A stretch of 46,962 nt of DNA from an uncultured Deferribacteres bacterium (lineage in GTDB: Bacteria; Zhuqueibacterota; Zhuqueibacteria; Zhuqueibacterales; Geothermadaptataceae): the NCBI GenBank assembly GCA_964014485.1, contig CAXHAT010000040.1, positions 1 through 46,962 on the forward strand. Reading direction: 5' to 3'. Position numbers and translations under genes: made by a program. Below the pieces are notes generated by a model. The model saw only the letters and a list, made by a program, of their open reading frames with translations, was not told where the DNA came from and did not search any database. This document shows positions 35,834 through 43,675 of the stretch, one piece after another. Numbering within the stretch: position 1 is the first letter of the stretch; every line of letters starts with the position of its first letter.

Positions 35834-36127
35834 TTACGCTGAAGGCGTTAAATTCCATAGCCCAGGGAGCGCAACTCGTCGCGCTCCCTGGGGAAATTGC
35901 CATGTATCAACAAATCCCGAAGGGATTTTACAAGAAGAGGGCGCCTGCGCAATCATAAGCTCAAACCTGTTTAACAGCCGCCTTTTCAACCACAGGCCGC
36001 GACATTTTCTAAAGGAAAAGCAGTTTGTTAAACTCTTTCAGAGTTTCAATACTCCGGTGATGAATCCCCAGGATATTCCGCTTTGCTGGAATACCCTGGG
36101 CTGTGAAGTTTAACGCCTTTGGCGTAA
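35834..36127. repeat. About 294-bp multi-hairpin inverted-repeat (MITE-like) element
   Basis: 34-bp terminal IR with 29/34 matches (TTACGCTGAAGGCGTTAAATTCCATAGCCCAGGG...). Internal hairpins include CCCAGGG/CCCTGGG, AAATCCCGAAGGGATTT and AAACTCTTTCAGAGTTT. Confidence 0.8.
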
Positions 36128-36184
36128 GGCTTTGATCAAGTATGGGTAATAATTTTGCTCATACAAATTCTTTTAGCGCCGCTT

Positions 36185-37633
36185 TTATACTCTTGCCTTT
36201 TCTTTCTTCTCACTCTTACGGCCAAAGCCGAAGAACAGGGCAATCGCCGTCATCATCAAAAGCCCCCACGCGACAAAATTATGCAAGCCGACGGCCAGCG
36301 GCGAAACGCTTGGCGTGCCGGATTCAACGCCGGCGGTAGTTGCGTTTGCCATGAGTATGACCGGGATAAAATAAGGCAGCAGAAACGGAAAAACACACAC
36401 GATCAAGCTCAACAAATTCGCCCGACGCAGTTTTTCGACGCCCGCCTTCTTGCCGGTTTTCCGCACAAATTCTCCAACAGTCAGAATGGCGACGATGCTG
36501 TGCGTCGTCAACAGAACCGCCGCGCCGACCGTGCCGCTAATCCAGAATTCCGCCTGCTTTGCCGTTTTGCTGTACTGCGCGGCGAAATTGACCAACCTGT
36601 CGAATAGGCCGCTCTGTTGCAAGGTTGCGACCAAGCCCATGAGCAGGATGGTGAAGAAACCGATCCCGACGGCTCGGTTCATGCCGTCGATAATAAAACT
36701 GCGTGCGGTAAAATTTTGTAGGTCGAGCGACAGCAATTTTTCAAGCGGGAGGAGGGACAATGAGAGCCCAAGCGCTGCGCCGAAGAGCAGACCAAAGAGC
36801 AAGCCGTGAATGAGATGTTTGCCGCGAAGAAAAAGGAAAATGATGAGGCCGGGAACAAGAATCATCGGCAGGCCGTCCGGATTGCCGGCGATGTTTTGTG
36901 CGTCGGTCACGGCGCCGTTCTCGGAAACTGACGCGCTTAGAAAATAGAGCAAAACGGCGATCAAGCCGGCGGGAATCACGTACTTGAGCCGGCTGCGCAC
37001 CGATGCGCCGATTGCCGCCTGCTGACTCAAGGCGCTGGCGATTGTTGTGTCAGAGATTGGCGCGATGCAATCGCCGAAAGTTGCGCCGCCGAGAATCGCG
37101 CCCGCCAGCGTCGGCAAATGCGCGCCCAATGCGCCGCCGACAGGATAGAGCAACGGCGCGCAAATGAGGATTGTCGCGAAGCTGGAGCCGGTGGAAAGCG
37201 AGACGATGCAGCAAATGACGAATGCGGCGAGAACAAACGCCACGCCGCCCAGGTTCAATTGCGAAGCCAGCCAGGTCAACGCTTCGACCAGCCCCGTGAC
37301 TGTCATTAACGAACCTATGATCGAAGCGAGCATCCAAGCCGCGATCATTATCATCACGATTTCTTGGGACATGCCGGTCACGACTGTTTGACAAAAGCGC
37401 TGTCTATCGCGCGCCAAAAGAAGCCCGATGCTCAGAGCGAAAATCAGAATCGGCCAAAAGCCGCGCTCATCCGGCGCACCGAATAATGCGATGATAATTA
37501 CGCCCGTCACGAAGAAAATGAACGGAGCCAAAGCGCCAAGCGCGCCGCCGTAAAATTGCAGCGGTTCTAAAGCGTTCTTACCCGAAAGCGGTTCGTTGTC
37601 GGGAGAGGGAATTTCGCTGCTAACGCTGGCCAT
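36185..37633 (-). CDS. Na+/H+ antiporter NhaC family (ion transporter superfamily) permease
   Basis: SLSTGSSFAT and GAILGGATFGDCIAPISDTTIASA signatures; many TM helices; 14-bp overlap with the upstream AKR gene. Confidence 0.85.
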   Translation of the reverse strand: MASVSSEIPSPDNEPLSGKNALEPLQFYGGALGALAPFIFFVTGVIIIALFGAPDERGFWPILIFALSIGLLLARDRQRFCQTVVTGMSQEIVMIMIAAWMLASIIGSLMTVTGLVEALTWLASQLNLGGVAFVLAAFVICCIVSLSTGSSFATILICAPLLYPVGGALGAHLPTLAGAILGGATFGDCIAPISDTTIASALSQQAAIGASVRSRLKYVIPAGLIAVLLYFLSASVSENGAVTDAQNIAGNPDGLPMILVPGLIIFLFLRGKHLIHGLLFGLLFGAALGLSLSLLPLEKLLSLDLQNFTARSFIIDGMNRAVGIGFFTILLMGLVATLQQSGLFDRLVNFAAQYSKTAKQAEFWISGTVGAAVLLTTHSIVAILTVGEFVRKTGKKAGVEKLRRANLLSLIVCVFPFLLPYFIPVILMANATTAGVESGTPSVSPLAVGLHNFVAWGLLMMTAIALFFGFGRKSEKKEKARV

Positions 37634-38678
37634 TTAAATTGTATCGCATAATTTTTCCGTGCTTTCCGTTTCGGTCACGCTCAAGTTCATAGACCGGCCC
37701 GACTGGCCCCTGCGCCTTTTCGACGACGACGTCGATGATTTTCAAATCATCAGCGTCTAACTCAAAATGCTCCAATTTGAGCAAATTTTTGAGATGGCGT
37801 GCGTTGCGTGCGCCGACAATAACGCCTGCAACTGACGGCTTTTGCAAAACATATTTCGCCGCAATCTCCGCGACGCCGACCTTGTACTTTTGAGCGATTT
37901 CGTGCAAAAATGACAAGGCTTTCTGGAATAGCGCATAGCCGCCGAATTCGTCAATGATCAGCCGATATTTCACCAAAGAACGATTTTCCAGCGCAGCATC
38001 TGTTTCAATTGCGCCGAGGTAGCGATCGCTCAAGTATCCTCCAGCAATCACGCCATAGCACAGCAACGCAAAGTCGAATTTCTGCGCAAGGGCGGTCATC
38101 GCGGCTTCCGGGCGGCGGTCGAGAACAGAATATTGTACTTGATTCGCAACGATTGGCGCTCCCGCTAGCAGCATTTCTTCCATGCGTTTCGCGTCGAAAT
38201 TTGTGGCGCCGATAAACCGGATTTTTCCGGCTTGCTGCAGTTCAGTCAAATGCAGCGCGGTTTCCACATATCCGGGGATTTCATAGTTCCACCAGGCAAA
38301 CTGCACCAGATCAAGCCGCTCAACGCCGAGGCGCTTGAGCGATCTGTCAATGACCGCGGTCGTGTCTTCTTTGGTCAAAGTCGCCAAGGCGTTTTCATCC
38401 GGGACATACTTGGTGTGAATCTGGACGGAAGGGAGGTTGTCGGAGACAAATGCGCCACGATAACGGCGCAGGAATTTCCCGATCAGCGTCTCAACGCCGG
38501 TGTAAATATCGGCGCAGTCAAATGTAGTTACGCCCGCTTCGACGAACGATTTCATGTCGAGAATCGCCTGCTGCTCGTCAATACGGCCGTGCCCGCCAGC
38601 CAAATGCCAGCCCCCCTTAATGACTCTCGAAATGGAATAGCCCGGGCGCAGTTCGAAACGCGAAATTTTGGAATTCAT
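37620..38678 (-). CDS. Aldo/keto reductase family protein
   Basis: GGWHL, TFDCADIY, IHTKY, SLKRLGVERLDLVQFAWW, GKIRFIGATNF and NQVQYSVLDRR. Confidence 0.92.
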   Translation of the reverse strand: MNSKISRFELRPGYSISRVIKGGWHLAGGHGRIDEQQAILDMKSFVEAGVTTFDCADIYTGVETLIGKFLRRYRGAFVSDNLPSVQIHTKYVPDENALATLTKEDTTAVIDRSLKRLGVERLDLVQFAWWNYEIPGYVETALHLTELQQAGKIRFIGATNFDAKRMEEMLLAGAPIVANQVQYSVLDRRPEAAMTALAQKFDFALLCYGVIAGGYLSDRYLGAIETDAALENRSLVKYRLIIDEFGGYALFQKALSFLHEIAQKYKVGVAEIAAKYVLQKPSVAGVIVGARNARHLKNLLKLEHFELDADDLKIIDVVVEKAQGPVGPVYELERDRNGKHGKIMRYNLNGQR

Positions 38679-38693
38679 GTAGTCAATCCGCGC

Positions 38694-39413
38694 TCAATAA
38701 CCGCGTTCCCAGTAACCGTACATTGGATTTGGAAACATGAAATAACGAGCGCCCCATTCGCCGCGCGTCACATACGCTTCACGCATGTTTTTCATCGAAT
38801 CGGATTTCTGAGGCGCTTCTAAATCCGCGAGCTGGTCGCCGAACAACGCGATTATTTTTCGCGGGCCTTTGCCTTCGCATCGCCCGGAGCCGGTGATCAC
38901 TTCCTGACGCCTGACTTCTTTTGAATCATCGCTGTTTTTCTTGCCCATCAAGACGTCGTTGTCGCTCCACAGACCATATTTTTTCAAATTATTCTTGGTG
39001 ACTTCTTCCTGGCCGGCTGTGCGATTGGTGATGAAAACGACTTGCGCTTTTTCGCTCAACGCACGCACCTGATCGAGGAAGATTTTGGCGCCGGGAACCG
39101 GGGTCGCTTCTTCGCGTCGCGTCCAGGCGTCCCAACGGTCGGCGGAATGACCGACTCCGGTTTCGAATAGTTCTTTTTGGTAGCCAGTGTTGTTGAGCAC
39201 GGTTTCGTCCACGTCGAGTACAACGGCCCAGTTTTCGTCTGTTGCATTTGCTTGCGATTCAACGAATTGCCATGCAGCGCGGTAAGTTTGCACGCAAAGT
39301 CCGGCGTATTCTACGGATTCGTCCACCCACCGAATGCCTGTGTCGCCGCCGGGTTGTTGGCACGATAAAATCAAAAATGTGAAGACAAGTATGAGCGAAT
39401 TAATTTTTTTCAT
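38694..39413 (-). CDS. 5'-nucleotidase / class C acid phosphatase lipoprotein, e(P4) family (HAD)
   Basis: Lipobox ILSC, VVLDVDETVLNN, FITNR, FGDQLAD and FPNPMYGYWE. Confidence 0.9.
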   Translation of the reverse strand: MKKINSLILVFTFLILSCQQPGGDTGIRWVDESVEYAGLCVQTYRAAWQFVESQANATDENWAVVLDVDETVLNNTGYQKELFETGVGHSADRWDAWTRREEATPVPGAKIFLDQVRALSEKAQVVFITNRTAGQEEVTKNNLKKYGLWSDNDVLMGKKNSDDSKEVRRQEVITGSGRCEGKGPRKIIALFGDQLADLEAPQKSDSMKNMREAYVTRGEWGARYFMFPNPMYGYWERGY

Positions 39414-39467
39414 CACGTTCATCTCTCTGGTTTTTGAACAAGGCAACGAAAATTGAGAACTTAAAAG

Positions 39468-39643
39468 CTAATGTTACGCACGCCGAAAACATAAGGAGTG
39501 CAAAGCTTGCTTTGCCTTTCACTCGCCGCCGACAAGAAAAGCGGCGAATTCAGACTTCTTGGCGCAGAAGTTCGAAAATATCCGCAACTGAATAGCAAGG
39601 CAAGCCTTGCACTCCATTTTCTGTACGATCCGCGTAACATCAG
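39468..39643. mobile_element. MITE (176 bp) of the same TIR family as 16640-17056, enclosing REPIN copy 2 (39495-39615)
   Basis: TIRs CTAATGTTACGC (39468-39479) and GCGTAACATCAG (39632-39643). Direct repeats TTAAAAG at 39461-39467 and 39644-39650. Confidence 0.85.
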
Positions 39644-39663
39644 TTAAAAGTAAAACGAGCAAA

Positions 39664-39784
39664 GGAGTGCAAAGCTTGCTTTGCCTTTCAATTTAAACGG
39701 ACAAACAGATGCGTCATATTTTCGTAACAGGCGGAGGTTTCCGGCAAAGCCTGCGACTGAAAAGCAAGGCAAGCCTCGCACTCC
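39664..39784. repeat. REPIN-like GGAGTGC element (copy 3)
   Basis: GGAGTGCAAAGCTTGCTTTGC at 39664-39684 and GCAAGGCAAGCCTCGCACTCC at 39764-39784. Confidence 0.8.
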
Positions 39785-39820
39785 TTTGGTTTTTCCGAAA
39801 CGCACGTATTTTCTTGTTTT

Positions 39821-40810
39821 TCAAGCTGCGCCTCGACGTACCGCCGTCATTTGCGCCAAAATGCTCAGCGCAATCTCAGCCGTCGATTTGGCGCCGATTT
39901 TTAGACCGACCGGCGCGTGCAATTGCGCGATCTGTGATTCCGTTATGCCAGCGTCGCGTAATCTTTTAACACGTTTTTCGTGTGTTCTTTTGCTGCCCAA
40001 AACGCCGACGTAGGCAGGGCTTGCGGCAAGCGCCGATTTGAGTGCCGGGTCGTCGATTTTGGGATCGTGCGTCAACAAAACGACAAACGTGTTTTGATCA
40101 ATTTTTAGCTCCGGCAAGGCGTCTTGCGGCCACTGATTGAGAATATGCCGAACGTGCGGAAAACGATCCGGATTTGCAAACGCCGTTCTCGGATCAATCA
40201 GGTAAACTTCGTACTCGAGCTCGGCGGCAAATTTCGTCAAAGGAATCGCGATGTGAACGCCGCCGATAACGATGAGTCGCAGAGGGGGCAAGTAAGGCTC
40301 GACAAAAAAAACGCCGTCGTCGTTTTCCAGCAAAAATGCTTCTCGCGGAGGATTTTCCGCGTCGAGATTTAGAACCGTTTTTTCGTCGTCTTTGATTAAC
40401 AGGTTTTTTTTCGCCGCCGCATCACCGATATTTGTCACAGCAATTGCCGTCTGATTTTGTCGAATCGCTTCGAATAGTCTCTGATAAAAAGAATCATCTG
40501 GTGAGCAGGGCTGGACCAAGATTTCAATTTGGCCGCCGCAAGCCAGGCCGACGCTCCAGGCTTCTTCGTTCGTCACGCCGTACTTCAAGCGTTTTGGTTT
40601 TTGCGCTGCAATCACTTTTTGCGCTTCTTCAACCACAGCGGTCTCAACGCACCCGCCGCTGACGGAGCCGACCATTTCGCCGCGATCCGAGATGATCATG
40701 TGCGACCCGACAGGACGCGGCGCCGACCCCCAGGCCTTGATCACCATCGCCAAAGCGATGCGCTTGCCGTCGCCCCGCCATTTTAAAATATCGTTAATCA
40801 GTTCACGCAT
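39821..40810 (-). CDS. xdhC: XdhC/CoxI family molybdoenzyme accessory protein
   Basis: WGSAPRPVG, GSVSGGCVE, GLACGG, LTHDPKIDDPAL, YVGVLGSKRT and APVGLKIGA..AEIALSILA. Confidence 0.88.
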   Translation of the reverse strand: MRELINDILKWRGDGKRIALAMVIKAWGSAPRPVGSHMIISDRGEMVGSVSGGCVETAVVEEAQKVIAAQKPKRLKYGVTNEEAWSVGLACGGQIEILVQPCSPDDSFYQRLFEAIRQNQTAIAVTNIGDAAAKKNLLIKDDEKTVLNLDAENPPREAFLLENDDGVFFVEPYLPPLRLIVIGGVHIAIPLTKFAAELEYEVYLIDPRTAFANPDRFPHVRHILNQWPQDALPELKIDQNTFVVLLTHDPKIDDPALKSALAASPAYVGVLGSKRTHEKRVKRLRDAGITESQIAQLHAPVGLKIGAKSTAEIALSILAQMTAVRRGAA

Positions 40811-41001
40811 GGGTTTTCACAATGCTCTTCGAAATGCAATGATGAGCTGCTTTATTTTTGGGCTTCTGCAACAGACGATGCTGAAGAACAGCACACGACA
40901 AATGCAAATAAAGTTTGCAATCGTTTGTCAGGAAACTGTTTTCGTTCGAGTTAATGAAATTTAACTTCTGGCTGCAAAAAATCAAAAACGAGGAGATGGA
41001 A

Positions 41002-41823
41002 ATGAGACGATTTGTAGTATTTGCCGTTTTATTGACGATTGGGTGCGCGAGTGAGGAACAGCCTTCAACGCAAGCCGCCAGCACAATCATGACTGAAGCC
41101 GTCGAATATACGGCAGGCGAGACGGTGATGAAGGGCTACCTGGCTTATGACAGCGCCAAGGAAGGCCTCAGGCCGGGCGTTCTGGTCGTGCACGAGTGGT
41201 GGGGGCACAACGATTACGCACGCAAACGCGCGGAAATGTTGGCTGAACTCGGCTACACCGCACTGGCTGTTGACATGTACGGCGACGGCCAACAAGCCGA
41301 CCATCCCGACGACGCCATGAAATTTGTCATGGCGGTCGTTTCCAATATGGAAGACGCCGTTGCGCGTTTTAATGCAGCGTATGATTTACTCAAACAGCAT
41401 GAAACCACCGATCCGGAAAAAACGGCTGCGATTGGCTATTGCTTCGGCGGCAGCGTCGTCATATCCATGGCGAACCTCGGTATTGATTTAGATGCGGTCG
41501 CGAGTTTCCATGGCGGATTGCAGGGGATTGCGCCGCCGGAGCCGGGCAAGACAAAAGCCCGCGTTCTCGTCTGTAACGGCGGAGCCGATCCGATGGTGAC
41601 CCCGGAGCAAATCGAGGGTTTTAAACAGAGCATGAGCGCAGCCGATGTGAATTATGAATTCGTCAATTATGACGGCGCTCTGCACAGCTTCACCAATCCC
41701 GCCGCTGATTCAATTGCTGTAAAATTTAACATGCCCGTGGGTTACAATGCCGCTGCGGATGAACAATCCTGGGAAGCCATGAAAAAGCTTTTTGAAGAAG
41801 TTTTCAGCAATTCAGGCGAATGA
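41002..41823 (+). CDS. Dienelactone hydrolase family lipoprotein
   Basis: RBS AGGAG at 40991-40995, lipobox TIGC, VHEWWG, IGYCFGG, ADP and HSFTNP. Confidence 0.92.
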   Translation: MRRFVVFAVLLTIGCASEEQPSTQAASTIMTEAVEYTAGETVMKGYLAYDSAKEGLRPGVLVVHEWWGHNDYARKRAEMLAELGYTALAVDMYGDGQQADHPDDAMKFVMAVVSNMEDAVARFNAAYDLLKQHETTDPEKTAAIGYCFGGSVVISMANLGIDLDAVASFHGGLQGIAPPEPGKTKARVLVCNGGADPMVTPEQIEGFKQSMSAADVNYEFVNYDGALHSFTNPAADSIAVKFNMPVGYNAAADEQSWEAMKKLFEEVFSNSGE

Positions 41824-41872
41824 TAGAATTCTAACGAACCTATTCCGAAATCCGCGGCATTGCTGTTTTTTG

Positions 41873-41943
41873 TGACGGGATCAACCGGATTGACCGGATC
41901 AAGAATGAAGAAAATAATCCAGTTGATCTCGTTGATCCGGTCA
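41873..41943. repeat. Inverted pair of 9-bp tandem repeats (RACCGGATY)
   Basis: TGACGGGATCAACCGGATTGACCGGATC (41873-41900) faces AATCCAGTTGATCTCGTTGATCCGGTCA (41916-41943). Confidence 0.65.
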
Positions 41944-41970
41944 AGAATTAGCTTTTAAAAACAGAAAATC

Positions 41971-42945
41971 ATGAAATATCGAAAATTTGGAAAGACCGGG
42001 ATTGACGTTTCGGAAATCGGCTTTGGCGCCTGGGCGATAGGGGGGAGCTGGGGGCCGCAAAATGACCGCGACTCAGTCGCCGCGCTGCACAAGGCGCTCG
42101 ATTTGGGCGTCAATTTTATCGACACCGCCGCTGTTTACGGCGACGGCAGAAGCGAGCGCATTATTGCGAAGGTGTTCAAAGAACGCTCGGAACGCATTTA
42201 CGTCGCGACCAAGACGCCGCCGGTTGAGGGCGCTTGGCCGCCGACGCCTTACTGCAAAATGGAAGAGCGTTACCCGGAAAAATATCTGCGCGAGAACATC
42301 GAGGAGCGCCTGCGAAATCTCGAAACGGATTGCCTAGACGTTCTGCAACTACACACCTGGACGCGCGCCTGGAACCGCAATCCCGCACCGTTTGAAATTC
42401 TTGCCCGATTGAAGGAAGAAGGCAAGGTGCGCTTTGTCGGCGTTTCCACCCCGGAGCACGATCAGAATTCGGTGATTGACTTGATGCGCCACGGCTGGGT
42501 TGACGTCGTGCAGGTCATTTACAATATTTTTGAGCAGGAGCCCACGGCTGAGCTTTTGCCTGCGGCGGCGGAGTACAACGTCGGCGTGATTATTCGCGTT
42601 GCATTCGATGAAGGCGTGTTGACCGGCAAGTACGCCGCCGACAGCCCTTTCGCCGAAGATGATTTCAGGCGGGATTACTTTGCCGGGGATCGCCTGGCGC
42701 GAGCCGTTGCGCGCGTCGATAAGATTAAAGAAGAAATCAAGGATTCGGGTTTCACTATGCCGCAAGCGGCGCTGAAATTCGCCTTGAGTCACCCAGCCGT
42801 GAGTACCGTGATTCCCGGCATTCGTACCGTGGAACATGCCGAGGCCAACACGGCCGTTTCCGATCTTCCCGGAATGCCGGAAGATTTGTTGAAGCGCTTG
42901 CGCAATCACGCCTGGCTGCGCGCTTTCTGGTACGGCGGGAAATAG
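41971..42945 (+). CDS. Aldo/keto reductase family protein
   Basis: MKYRKFGKTG..VSEIGFGAW, IDTAAVYG, ATK, LQLH and VSTVIPG; the D-Y-K-H tetrad is complete. Confidence 0.93.
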   Translation: MKYRKFGKTGIDVSEIGFGAWAIGGSWGPQNDRDSVAALHKALDLGVNFIDTAAVYGDGRSERIIAKVFKERSERIYVATKTPPVEGAWPPTPYCKMEERYPEKYLRENIEERLRNLETDCLDVLQLHTWTRAWNRNPAPFEILARLKEEGKVRFVGVSTPEHDQNSVIDLMRHGWVDVVQVIYNIFEQEPTAELLPAAAEYNVGVIIRVAFDEGVLTGKYAADSPFAEDDFRRDYFAGDRLARAVARVDKIKEEIKDSGFTMPQAALKFALSHPAVSTVIPGIRTVEHAEANTAVSDLPGMPEDLLKRLRNHAWLRAFWYGGK

Positions 42946-43058
42946 CGTTGGAGTTAAGCGCTTCGACGTTTGATCTGAGAGCGTTTATTGGCAAGGCGAC
43001 GATGAACCGACGGACTTCCTCGCCCAGGATTGCTCAGAGGCCAAAGCTTTCAAAAAAA

Positions 43059-43087
43059 TTGCCTTTAATGATTGTCTGCGCTATATT
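43059..43087 (+). promoter_or_regulatory. Putative promoter TTGCCT-N17-TATATT
   Basis: TTGCCT at 43059-43064, 17-nt spacer, TATATT at 43082-43087, upstream of clpS. Confidence 0.55.
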
Positions 43088-43132
43088 GCGGACTTCATTT
43101 TTGAGCGAGTCGAGCGATAAACTGTAAATGTC

Positions 43133-43492
43133 ATGCCAAATCCAATATTCCCGGATTTTCAGGACGACGTCTCCACCATTGATTTCACCGATACGACCAA
43201 GCGCGTCGTGCGCGTTCCGCGCTATCACGTCGTTCTCTTGGACGATAATCACCACACGTATGATTATGTCATCGAAATGCTGACCAAGGTATTCGGTCAT
43301 AGCGTCGAGACGGCTTTTTGTATGGCTGTGGAAGTAGATTCGCAAGGCGCCGTCATCGTTGACACAACGACGAAAGAACGCGCCGAATTTAAGCGCGATC
43401 AAATTCACGCCTACGGCGCCGATTGGCGGATTCCCCATAGCAAAGGCTCTATGAGCGCCACAATTGAACCTGCGGAGGACGGGTGTGAATGA
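43133..43492 (+). CDS. clpS: ATP-dependent Clp protease adaptor ClpS (atypical pocket)
   Basis: PRYHVVLLDDNHHTYDYVIEMLTKVF...EVDSQGAVIV...ERAE...ATIEP. Confidence 0.85.
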   Translation: MPNPIFPDFQDDVSTIDFTDTTKRVVRVPRYHVVLLDDNHHTYDYVIEMLTKVFGHSVETAFCMAVEVDSQGAVIVDTTTKERAEFKRDQIHAYGADWRIPHSKGSMSATIEPAEDGCE

Positions 43493-43501
43493 CTTGTAAG
43501 A

Positions 43502-43577
43502 TGCAAAGGGGCAAAGAGACAAAGGAGCAGAGTTTTTCTTAAAATACTCTGTCCCTTTGCCGCTCTGTGCCTTTGCA
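43502..43577. repeat. Inverted pair of 8-bp tandem repeats (RCAAAG-containing)
   Basis: TGCAAAGG GGCAAAGA GACAAAGG AGCAGAG faces CTCTGTCC CTTTGCCG CTCTGTGC CTTTGCA. Confidence 0.65.
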
Positions 43578-43675
43578 CCTGAATAAAAAGCGCGGCGTTG
43601 TTTTCGGCCTGGCCTTGTTTTACCCGCCTCAAAATATACCGAATTAAACCGCTCCGGAGAGAGGAAAGCGAAATT

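Noticed and set aside
35661..36113. 150-aa plus-strand ORF
   Set aside because: It is made up of antisense TIGR04076 sequence plus the palindromic element.
39495..39784. CRISPR array (repeated 21-mers with spacers)
   Set aside because: The repeats alternate in orientation, the spacers are irregular and long, there are only two pairs, and no cas genes are present.
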